Source: Chiloscyllium plagiosum (Eukaryota). From it: 64,000 nucleotides of DNA. Below, one piece after another: positions 1 through 10,604 of the stretch; positions within the stretch are counted from its first letter, which is position 1; each line of letters starts with the position of its first letter. The stretch spans positions 68,686,622 through 68,750,621 of the forward strand of contig NC_057719.1 in the NCBI RefSeq assembly GCF_004010195.1, given 5' to 3'. The position numbers and the translations under genes were made by a program. The notes below the pieces were generated by a model, which saw nothing but the letters and a program-made list of their open reading frames with translations, searched no databases and was not told the origin of the DNA.

Positions 1-209
1 AAACAGTGAGTAGTCTTGCAAAGTGAAGTTTAAAGCTAATGAAATTATTTTTGTTTGGAATTTGAAAAAACTTTAATCAGAAATGCAACTGAAAGTTGGA
101 GACTGATGAGTATACAGAAGTTTGTAAACACAAGAGCTGAACTTCATTTTCCATAAATAGAAAACCATATTGGAGTTGACATTGTGGCACTCTGCTTTAA
201 ACGCAGCAA

Positions 210-326
210 GGGGACCCTCTTGTGGCACAGTTGTAGTGTCCCTGCTCCTGAATTGAGAGTTCCGGGTTCAAGTCCCACCTGCTCCATAGATGTATAATAG
301 CATCTCCAAACAGCTTGATAAGAAAA
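210..326 (+). mobile_element. tRNA-derived SINE head, unclassified family
   Basis: Box A-like TGGCACAGTTG and box B-like GGGTTCAAGTCC. Homologous copies on the minus strand at about 47865-48112. Confidence 0.6.
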
Positions 327-599
327 GGTAGGTTAAACCCAATAACAGTGGCAAACTAGAAGCTGCAATAGAATAGGACCATGAGGTATTTTTGTAAGGA
401 AAATTTGATATTACACTGGAACAAGAGAAGATACCCATATTTGATATTCCAAATTATTTTAAAGATTATGTGGTGGAATTGAGAGAGAGCTTCAAAGTGC
501 ATTAGTAGTCAGTTCCTTCAAGTAAATTTTAGTTGATATTTATTGAATTTACAACAGTCTGTTGATTGTCAACCAGCCCCTATTGATGTTACTCCTCCA

Positions 600-1460
600 T
601 ATTTGCAAAAGTTGTAATTCATGTGTTTGTTATACATATATTCTGTTCCTCTTTTCATCTACACCTATCTAACCTATCCTTAAATATTGATATGATTCCT
701 GTTTCCTTCACAAACATCTGTAATTACATGGCCTTACAACCCTCTGGAAAGAAGAAAAGGCTTTCTTTTCTGATCTGTGATCAAAATCTTTAATGTTCTG
801 TCTGTGTCCTCTCATTCTAAACTCTTCAACCATGGTAAAGGTTGTGTTTATTTCCTTTTCCCATGCCTTCATAATTTTAACTACTTTAATTAAATCACTC
901 GATCATCCCTTCTGCTATAATTAAATCACCCTGTTTTCCCGGTCCTGCTTTTCTTGTTTTAGGCAGGATTTTAGTGATTCTGTGTTGTCTTCTCTGTATT
1001 ACCTTACCAACTTTCTATAAATGTATTCCAACAGTGATATTAATAATGATTTGTACACAGTCAGCATTATGTCTTGACTTTCATATTCTATACTTCTTGC
1101 CATAAAACCTAGTTATTCCAATAAGATTTTTTATGACCTTATCCACATGAAATGCTGCTTTTAATGTCTTGTGAACCTGAACCCCCAAATCTCTCTGCTC
1201 TTCCTGTCATTCAATCTTTCCATATTCAAAGTTTAATTATTACTTTTTTATCCAAAGATGTACACCTCACTCTCACTGACACTAAACTATATATTTTCCC
1301 TTTTTGCGAATTCTGCCATTTTTCAGTACCTGCTTGCAGCTTAATTTGGTCCCCAGAATAATAAAACAGAATAAACAGAATTATTTATTATCCTTTCTAT
1401 TTTAGTGTCAGATTTGAATAGCTCTCTCTATTCCTGTATCCAAATTATTAATGTCCAGAG
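600..1460 (-). mobile_element. Highly decayed CR1-like LINE 3' region
   Basis: Resembles the reverse complement of CR1 3' regions elsewhere in the window. No ORF remains. Boundaries approximate. Confidence 0.45.
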
Positions 1461-2510
1461 TGAACAAAAATATTTTGGATATTTCTTTAAAAGCAAACAA
1501 ATATGTTCTAGCCTTAACCCTTATGATTTCTGTAATCTTTCACTATTTATAATGTGTATTGCTTTTCAGGAGTTTGGACCAGCATGTTTTGTGTGTTTGT
1601 GCGTGTGTCTGTGTGTGTGTAAAGAAGAAAGTAATGTCTTCCCAAATTGAAAATATTCAACACAATTGAAGAATTAGAGCTGAAGGTCACATCCATCATT
1701 CTTTCATGAGCCAACATAAGCTACAAATAGTTGGGCATATTTTGCATAAGTACAGCAGCTGACCTAACCTCAAATTGAATTGGTCACATGTTCTAACATC
1801 TCTTTGCAGTTTTTATTTTGATCTTGCATGCCTCTGTTTGCTGCCTATCGAGTGCCCGCCTGGGAAAGTTTTATTTTCATTATTGCTGACAGGAACTAAC
1901 ATTTCGTACTAAGTTTGTTGAAATTTATAAATTGAGGCCTAGATCATAATTCCAAATTCTTTTAAGAAAGCTTTGTCTATCCCCAAGCCAAACATTTGGC
2001 AAACATAATATGTTATAATTTGCTTGCATTGTGCACTTAAAAATCAGGTAGACTGATTTGTAGCACACATTAATTTTATTTCAACAAGTGAGCATATGTG
2101 AATATTATTTTCTTGAATTATAATTTGAAAAGTATTTATTATGTTCAAAGCATCTGTACTTATATGCTGACAAGCTTTTTTTTTTGCAAGCTGACTGTAT
2201 AGTAGTAGCATTATAATACCAGATTATAAAGTTGATTTTCTTTACAGTTAACCAATCTGCAGAATTGTGACTTTGTTTTCTCATCATTTTAATTTTTCAA
2301 TAATGTTTCGAGAACATTGTGTTTTTGTGTCAGTTGCACTCTTATTTTAAATGAGAAGAATTTAATGGGGATATTCCAGTGTATTGGGGTTTTTGTAATA
2401 TATTCTTATACAAAGTAGTTAAACCAGTGAATTGTTTTTAGAACAGCTTAGGTAAGGAGGATAAGTCCTATGTTTCTGCTCATACTGCTTTCAAGTATTT
2501 AATTCTGGAC

Positions 2511-2751
2511 TTTTAAGGGGTGGTAGGTATAGGACAGATGTTAGGGGTAGATTCTTTACTCAGCGAGTCGTGAGTTCATGGAATGCCCTGCCAGTAGCAG
2601 TGGTGGACTCTCCCTCTTTATGGGCATTTAAACGGGCATTGGATAGGCATATGGAGGATAGTGGGCAAGTGTAGGTTAGGTGGGCTTTGATCGGCGCAAC
2701 ATCGAGGGCCAAAGGGCCTGTACTGCGCTGTATTCTTCTATGTTCTATGTT
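2511..2751 (+). mobile_element. CR1/HER1-type LINE 3' end, 5'-truncated
   Basis: Contains TTCTTTACTCAGCGAGTCGTG...TGGAATGCCCTGCC and 3' GGGCCAAAGGGCCTGTACTGCGCTGTA, ending in a TTCTATG repeat tail. Same subfamily as 51097-51678. Confidence 0.85.
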
Positions 2752-5700
2752 AATACTGATTTGAAAAACACATTTTTTATTTTGCCAGAAATTTAGAGCT
2801 TTTACTCTTAATTAATGATACACAAAGAAGTCTAATTAACATTCAGGTAGTGTTTCATTTTTCTATTAAGTATTGAGAAATGAATGCCATTAGAATGCAA
2901 GGTCCCATTGTACCTCATGCTTTTTACTGGGGATATGTTAGATGTTATGCATAAAATATACTATTGACTCAGAAATTCCCTTATCTCACTAGACTGAAAT
3001 ATTGTGTTGTCAAAACTTCTTCGAATTCAAATATTCTCCTTTAGATGTGTTTTAAATAGCCATGTTATTCTGGCTACATGGCAAAGGTTTTCCATTTAAA
3101 TCACTCTTTCCAGCAATGTACTTTGTATTGGCCTAAACAAGTGTACATTAAAGGGATATCTCACAAAAGAGTGCACAACATTGAACTTAAATGTGACTTT
3201 CTTTTACTGTGGTCTATGACACTATGTGGAATAATTTTTATTGAAGTAGTAATACATGTGAATTAGTTGAATCATTGAATTATTATTTCTGTAAAGTATG
3301 TTCACACCACCTACTCTCGATCAATAAATGGATGGTTATTAAGACCTTTTATTTAAAACTGTTTAATTCCAAATAATTGTATGGCATCATTTGTAAGGGT
3401 GATACAATGATGCTACACAGCTGTACTCTAAAATTAGTTTAATTTACTTGACTTTCATTGAATAATAATTATCATGTTGGGAATCCTAAATGCATTCTAC
3501 ACCTTTGAGGACAGTGTAGAGTATACCACAATGTTCTGCCTAGGGCTAAATTAATTCACTTTCTTTGGATGTGTTAATTAGTGTTTTATTTTAATTATTG
3601 AAAAATTCTTAACCGCAAGAACTTCTGCATACTATTGTTGGTTATGGTTAATGAATGAGAAATTGATCTAATAAGTATTTCTTACTGTTATTGCTCTGCT
3701 GGTCTTTGCACTAAGAGAGGCATTTATGTGAGAGAGAACATGTGATGGGAGATACTGTCAATTGACAGTGTCCTGCTGCAGGGCACACTGTCAGTCAACT
3801 AGAAGTTTAATTAACGAGAGTTAACAGCCAGTCCACTCAGTCATGGTCTTTGGGCACAATATACACAAGAAAATGCTTGCTTAACTTCTTTAAATATAAA
3901 GTTTTGTGTGCAGTCTGTAGAAGAATTCTTATCCTTCTAAGAAAATATGATCAAAAGACCTCTGTTTCATTGAAACTGTTTTGCACAGTTTTTGAACTTC
4001 CAATCTTTTAAAAGTGACCTATGTCTCTTCATTGAAATAATCTTTCCAGTATGTTTTTTGCCTCTAATTTAATCAGTTGTTAATATCTCAATTTTTAATA
4101 TGTGGTCAGAACTCTGTGATCACTTATTCAGACCAAGATCATATGAAAGCAACACCTAATTTTTAACAACTAAAACTTACAGCATTATTCCAACTGAACG
4201 AATGAACTTGCTTCATGGGAGTAAATTTATAATGGGAAATCATAGCTAGGTTCATGTATTTGTCACTTGCAAATATCATGTGTCATGGTAAATTTAGACA
4301 TTTGTACAGTGCTTGCAATACAGGTAGCTGTGCAATTTTCACTCTTAACCAGTTCTGTGACCAAATCTAACCTAGTATATCAACATTGCAGTTGTCTTGC
4401 TCTGTGAGATAGCACCTACTGAAGTCAATATGAAAGAAGCATCAAATGACAGCTGTATGCTGCAAAAACTGTCTTGTGAATCCAGAAATTAAAATGTAGT
4501 TTTTCCTCAATGCGATATAATGCATAAAGGAGTCCAGATAGAGACTTTTTATATACACTAATCCATTTTGACTCAATTCTTGCAGTTAAATTATTACTTA
4601 GATTTCAATTCCTATCTCACTGTCAAATAGTTTAATTTTAAACCATAATGTAGCGATGTTATGAAACCACAGAGACATCTGTATCCTCAATATTCCTTGA
4701 TCCTTTTTATAAAGAGCCAAGCAACATTGTTTGCTGGTAGAGTCTCACAAAGAGTTTGGCACATTTCTAGAGTGCATATGAATCATTTGTAATATTAGAT
4801 AACTGTATGAAAATGTTTGCACTGCTGGCTGAAGTTCTGTTTTTTTTTCTTATTGAATGCAAACTCTGTCAGCGCCTTTCTTTCTCCTTCAGGTGCAAAA
4901 TATCTTGCCATTTAATCATGGATGAACATAACCAACATTGATAGAATGATATATATTTTCTGTCAGAGAAGCTGAATGGGGTGGAGGGAGGAAGATATGA
5001 TGCCAAATTTTCAGCTGCTGTGTTGTCCCATTGGAACAAAAGGAACTCAGACTGCTTGAATGTCAGAAACTAAGTTTGCAGTTGGTGTTTGATGAATACC
5101 TGTCATGGGTATCAGCACTTCAGCTTTTATAGTTCATTGAACATTGTCATTATGACAGTGACAGCACTTTAAATGTTTTTCATGGGTTTGTAAAGTCCTT
5201 TGAAAAGACTTGATCATTACAAGAACAGTTAGTAACAGATTCATAAATGTGAAGATTATATAGAACTTTATTTAGATTGTGTTACAGAGACTGTGCAGTC
5301 CTGGTACCCACACTCCAAAAAGAATATTGAAGTAAATGCATAAGGGATTGATGAATAAGTTATCAGAATTAAGAGGATACAACTATTAAGAAAGACTCAA
5401 CATTCTAGAATTCTATTTGTTAGAAAGGAGAAAATGAAGAGGAAATCGAATAGAAAACAAATTCAAGTTGATAGTTTCTGTGGGGATCAAAAAATCGTCT
5501 AATTTCTTGTTGGAATGTCTTTTCATTTGCTTAGTGATGGGATGCAGTAATTTTATTTTGATGTAGGAGACAAGTTATATTAAGCAATTACTGATTTGAG
5601 TGAAAAATCTTGTATAGTTCTGAATGATGTTTGAGACACTAGTTTGGACCTTCAAAACCAAATGTCAATTTTGATGTAGCACCATTAACTAAACTTATCT

Positions 5701-6377
5701 ACTACAATAAGAAAATTAAATTTCTTCTTTTGTTTAAATTTTTTGTTAGGAATTCTGTGCCATTTTCCCTGAACATTTAGTATTTCTGGTTATGGCAAGT
5801 TTGGTTATGTTCACAATAATCAGAAGGAAACACTTTTTTCTGAGGAGTGAACACTTTGCAAAAGAAATGTCTGCAGTCAAGTTTTATTTTACCAGCAGAG
5901 GATTTAGACTCTGACTGAAGGATCTTATTGTGAGACTGTACATATATTATATATGTTTTTGTCTTGCGGTGATATGTTGGATGATTACAGCTCTGTTGTT
6001 ATTTTTCAGCCTGCAGATGCCCTTCAGCATGTGACTGAAAATACTGAAGACTATATGTCCTCAAATCTCTTTAATAGCCATTGTGAAATTAAAGTACATT
6101 GTTAAATGAATGTTGCCTTTTTTGTAAACTTAACTTCACCTAAAAGTAATTTCTAATAACTCATAATTTGTCTTGAGCGCTGATGAATACAAGTTCCATT
6201 AAATAACTGATAATAGCTTTTCAGCCAACTTGACTGAAACCTTTAGTTGAAAAGTATTCCTCGCTCACGAGCAAAACAAACTGTTTAATTAAAACACAAA
6301 CATATTTGAATTGTCTTACGTACTAGGATCAGCAATATATAAATAGGAAATTAATAGTTAAACAATAGACAGGTTGT

Positions 6378-7398
6378 TGTTGTCGTTCTGTTCGCTGAAC
6401 TGGGAATTTGTGTTGCAGACGTTTCGTCCCTGTCTGGTGACATCCTCTGTGCTTGGGAGCCTCCTGTGAAGTGCTTCTGTGAAGTTTCCTCCAGCATTTA
6501 TAGTGGTTTGTCTCTGCCGCTTCCGGTTGTCAATTCCAGCTGTCCTTTGCAGTGGTCGGTATATTGGGTCCAGGTCGATGTGCTTATTGATTGAATCTGT
6601 GGATGAGTGCCATGACTTTAGGAATTCCCTGGCTGTTCTCTGTTTGGCTTGTCCTATAATAGTAGTGTTGTCCCAGTCGAACTCCTGTTGCTTGTCATCT
6701 GCGTGTGTGGCTACTAAGGATAGCTGGTCGTGTCGTTTTGTGGCTAGTTGGTGTTCATGGATGCGGATCGTTAGCTGTCTTCCTGTTTGTCCTATGTCGT
6801 GTTTTGTGCAGTCCTTGCATGGGACTTTGTACACTACATTGGTTTTGCTCATGCTGGGTATCGGGTCCTTCGTTCTGGTGAGTTGTTGTCTGAGAGTGGC
6901 TGTTGGTTTGTGTGCTGTTATGAGTCCTAGTGGTCGCAGTAGTTTGGCTGTCAGTTCGGAAATGCTCTTGATTTATAGTAGTGTGGCTAGTCCCTTGGGT
7001 TGCGGCATGTCCTCGTTCCGTTGTCCTTCCCTTATGCATCTGTTGATGAAATTGCGGGGGTAACTGTTTTTGGCGAATACATTATATAGGTGTTCTTCTT
7101 CCTCTTTGCAGTTCTGGTGTATTGCAGTGTGTTGTAGCCCTTTTGAACAGTGTCTTGATGCAACTTCTTTTGTGAGTGTTGGGGTGGTTGCTTTTGTAGT
7201 TCAGGACTTAGTCTGTGTGTGTGGTTTTCCTGTATACCTTTGTGGTGAATTCTCCATTAGGTGTTCTCTGTACCGTCACGTCTAGGAATGGGAGTTGGTT
7301 TTCCTTTTCTTCCTCTCTAGTGAATCAGATTGCTGTGAGTGTGGAGTTGATGATCCGGTGTGTATTCTCTATTTCTGTGTTTTTAATGATTACAAAGG
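6378..7398 (-). mobile_element. Penelope-like element (Penelope/Poseidon type), left arm: RT C-terminus, GIY-YIG endonuclease and pLTR
   Basis: ORF 6358..6852(-) reads VVYKVPCKDCTKHDIGQTGRQLTIRIHEH...W..H (GIY-YIG with CCHH). Disrupted RT and thumb remnants lie upstream on the minus strand. Confidence 0.9.
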
Positions 7399-7896
7399 TG
7401 TAGTGTACAAAATCCCATGCAAGGACTGCACAAAACACTACATAGGACAAACAGGAAGACAGCTAACGATCCGCATCCATGAACACCAATTAGCTACGAA
7501 ACGACACGACTAGCTATCCTTAGTAGCCACCCACGCAGATGACAAGCAACATGAGTTCGACTGGGACAGCGCTACTATTATAGGACAAGCCAAACAGAGA
7601 ACAGCCAGGGAATTCCTAGAGGCATGGCACTCATCCACAGATTCAATCAATAAGCACATCGACCTGGACCGAATATACCGACCACTGCAATGGACAGCTG
7701 GAACTGACAACCGGAAGCGGCAGAGACAAGCCACTATAAATGCCGGAGGAAACATCACAGAAGCGCTTCGCAGGAGGCTCCCAAGCACTGAGGATGTCAC
7801 CGAGACAGGGGATGAAACGTCTGCAACACAAATTCCCAGCTCGGCGAACAGAACCACAACAACGAGCACCCGAGCTACAAATCTTCTCACAAACTT
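7399..7896 (+). mobile_element. Penelope-like element, right (inverted) arm: GIY-YIG and pLTR
   Basis: Reads VVYKIPCKDCTKHYIGQTGRQLTIRIHEH. Inverted copy of 6378-6836. The whole unit is flanked by TAGACAGGTTGT at 6366-6377 and 7897-7908. Confidence 0.92.
7785..7824 (+). ncRNA. Minimal type I hammerhead ribozyme motif in PLE pLTR
   Basis: GCA-CTGAGGA-T-GTCACC(GAGACA)GGGGAT-GAAA-CG-TC-TGC: stem I GCA/TGC, CUGANGA and GAAA cores, GUC site. A mutated partner lies on the minus strand at 6415-6452. Confidence 0.75.
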
Positions 7897-8454
7897 TAGA
7901 CAGGTTGTATTTGAAGAGAATAACATCAAAAGTCAGCACTAGCTATTTAATGAAAATGCTTGGAGCTCTTGAAATTATTTTCTCCCATTAGCAACATGTA
8001 AACATTATGGACAACGGTGTGCAGGGATGTATTTGAGGTGTATAAGTTAATCCCTTGGCATGTGTATGCTCAGAATTGGCAAGTTGCAGGAAAGAATTCC
8101 ATTAAGATTATTGTGTTTTAGACCAAACCAGTAAACCCTTTCTCTTCAGCCCACAAAGCAGCTTAGATGTTAGTTTGCAAGCATTAATGTCAGCTTCTTT
8201 TTGTTTAACATTTCCAGAATTACAACTACTGAATGTGAGCTATACTTTCAGTACTTTCCTATTGAATGGTCAATGTAACATAACATTACTCTTTAAAGAA
8301 CAGTAGTGGAGTTTGAGCAGAAAAATCTGTGAATCTGGATAATTTGACTATTTCAGAGAATCTCTACACAGTATCTACAGTAATTTGAAATCTAGTATGA
8401 AAATTCATTACTTTGTAGACTTTCTATTAATTTAATCTCTTAGAGCATGAACGA

Positions 8455-8994
8455 ATCAATTATTAATTGTCGTGTGTATTTTGGAAAATACAGTGAAAGT
8501 GTCTTGTCGCCATTTTGGATTACAAATTGAAAAAAAAAGGTTACTTAAATAGAGCTTCATCATCTGTTCAATTGACAGAAAAATATAAAGGCAGAAAAAT
8601 AAGGAATAGTGTTCAACTTCACAGTCCTCCTTGTCATGCATGACTCCAAGTATTCTTAAGGTCTCCGAGGTTTCTGTAAGGTATTCTGATCTCCAGGCCG
8701 CAGTGAGTCCTTGTTCCGGGTCCAGCAAATCCACGGGAGACCCTGGTTCTGTTGCCACCACCTCGCTGACATCGATAGGAGTCCCAGTCCAGACCCACCC
8801 AGCCAAAGTTGTAGCCGTCACCTCACTGAAATCTCTGGGAGACTCTGCTCTAAGTTTGCCGTAACCATGAGTTCAGCTCCAGTCTCCTCCACGATGACAC
8901 CTCCACCAGGGCTGACATGAAGATGAAGAAAAAGAAAAACAAAAAGAAAAAAAGATGAAAAGTAAAGAGAAATCTGGAGCAGGCTGTCCTAGCG
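8455..8994 (-). mobile_element. Unclassified interspersed repeat, non-LTR/SINE-like
   Basis: Its 8616-8825 segment is homologous, in opposite orientation, to 9249-9448. The minus-strand 3' end has CAAAATGGCG...TTTCACTGTA...ACAATTAATAA. No credible ORF. Confidence 0.5.
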
Positions 8995-8996
8995 AT

Positions 8997-9249
8997 ATCA
9001 AAAGTCAGCACTAGCTATTTAACGAAAATGCTTGGAGCTCTTGAAATTATTTTCACCCATTAGCAACATGTAAACATTATGGACAACAGTGTACAGGGAT
9101 GTATTTGAGGTGTATAAGTTAATCCCTTGGCGTGTGTATGCTCAGAATTGGCAAGTTGCAGGAAAGAGTTTCATTAGGATTATTGTGTTTTAGACCAAAC
9201 CAGTAAACTCTTTCTCTTCAGCTCACAAAGCAGCTTAGATGTTAGTTTG
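8997..9249 (+). repeat. 253-bp direct duplicate of 7925-8177
   Basis: Both copies run ATCAAAAGTCAGCACTAGC...GCTTAGATGTTAGTTTG, with about ten substitutions. Confidence 0.93.
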
Positions 9250-9578
9250 AGGTGGCGGCTTTGGCTGAGTAGATCCGGACTGAGACTCTTTTCGAAGTCG
9301 GTGAGGTGGGTGGCAGTGGAACTCCTGGGGCTTCGGCTGGACCTGGAACAGGGGCTCACTGTAGCCTAGAGATCGGAATACATTATAGAAATCTCGGAGA
9401 CTTTAATAAAACCCGGAGCTATGCTTAACAAGAAGGACTGTAAAGTTGCTCAGGATGTGCTCGGAAGCCCAAAAGCTACCTGCCCTGCCAGTGCTGCCAT
9501 CTGGGTGTATATACTTAGAATTGAAAAGTGTGGTGCTGGAAAAGTGCAGCAGGCCAGGCAGCATCCGAGGAGCAGGAG

Positions 9579-9614
9579 AATCGACATTTCGGGCATAAGC
9601 CCTTCTTCAGGATT
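9579..9614 (-). ncRNA. Minimal hammerhead ribozyme motif, Neptune-type pLTR
   Basis: Minus strand reads AATC-CTGAAGA-A-GGGC(TTAT)GCCC-GAAA-TG-TC-GATT, with stem I AATC/GATT. Confidence 0.75.
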
Positions 9615-9736
9615 GAGGCTGGTGTGCCAAGCGGGCTGAGAAGCAGGCTCAGCCCACTTGGCACACCAGCCTCTTTGCAGGTATTTGCCAATTTTGAGGA
9701 CAATTAGGGATTACCAATACATGCTGATCTTACCAT

Positions 9737-10028
9737 TGGGAGTACGGGTTTGTGGTTCCTTGGGGGTGGAGCCGCGGGTGGATGGGATGGTGGGGAGGAC
9801 ATTAACATGCTTTCCTTTATTGGTCAGAGTATTGAGTGCAGGAGGTCATGTTGTGGCCGTGCAGGACATTGGTTGGGCCACTGTTGGAGTGTTGTGTGTG
9901 GTTCTGGTCTCCTTCCTGTTGGGAGGATGTTGTGGGGCTTGGGGGTATTCAGGGGAGATTTGCGGGGATTTTGCCAGGGTTAGAGAATTTGAGCTACCTT
10001 GGGGTGGGGGGGGAGGTTTGAATGGGCT
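9737..10028 (+). mobile_element. CR1 ORF2 fragment with A-to-G hypermutation
   Basis: Aligns with CR1 copies at 18160-18263 and 38797-39080, with many A positions replaced by G. Confidence 0.85.
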
Positions 10029-10474
10029 GGGGCTGTTTTCCCTGGAGCTACGATAGGTGGAAGGAAGTGAGGGTGAGGGTGATAGGCCGGAGAGGGGATG
10101 GGGGCAGAGAGGTTGGGAAGAACATTGCAGGTCAAGAGGGCGGTGCTGAATCCGGGGGTTGGGACTGAGATAAGGTGGGGGAGAGGGGAAATGAGGAAGC
10201 TGGAGAAATCTACATTCATCCCGTGTGATTGGGGGGTTCCTAGGCGAAAGATCAGGCGCTCGTCCTCCAGGCGTCGTGTGGCCAGGGTCTGGTGATGGAG
10301 GAGGCCAAGGACCTGCATGTCCTTGGTGGAGTGGGAGGGGGAGTTAAAGTGTTCAGCCATGGGGCGGTTGGGTAGGTTGGTGCTGGTGTCCCAGAGGTGC
10401 CTATTTGCGGAACGTTTCTGGGACACCTGCACCAACCAACCCAACTTCCCCAATCACACGGGATGAATTGCGAT

Positions 10475-10603
10475 CACCTGATGAAGGAGCGTCGCTCCGA
10501 AAGCTAGTGCGCTTCCAATTAAACCTGTTGGACTATAACCTGGTGTTGTGTGATTTTTAACTTTGTACACCCCAGTCCAACACCGGCATCTCCAAATCAT
10601 GAC
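10475..10603 (+). mobile_element. Short non-coding hammerhead-containing element (family B), copy 1
   Basis: CAC-CTGATGA-A-GGAGC(GTC)GCTCC-GAAA-GC-TA-GTG followed by ...CCTGTTGGACTATAACCTGG...CAGTCCAACACCGGCATCTCCAAATCATGACT. Three more copies in the window. Confidence 0.85.
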
Positions 10604-10604
10604 T

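Larger units (their letters stand above)
9521..10462 (-). mobile_element. Chimeric Penelope-like (Neptune-type) insertion with foldbacks and a captured CR1 fragment
   Basis: pLTR end 9521-9640 and body 10029-10400 match the family at 51842-54570. ORF 9980..10453(-) includes the GIY-YIG C-terminus ...AEHFNSPSH...RRLEDERLIFRLGT. Confidence 0.85.

Noticed and set aside
1586..1620. Imperfect (GT)n tract
   Set aside because: Ordinary short microsatellite.
6479..7063. 194-aa plus-strand ORF and similar GC-rich ORFs at 22141, 53912 and 59385
   Set aside because: Antisense or frameshifted readings of PLE and Tx1 coding remnants, not host genes.
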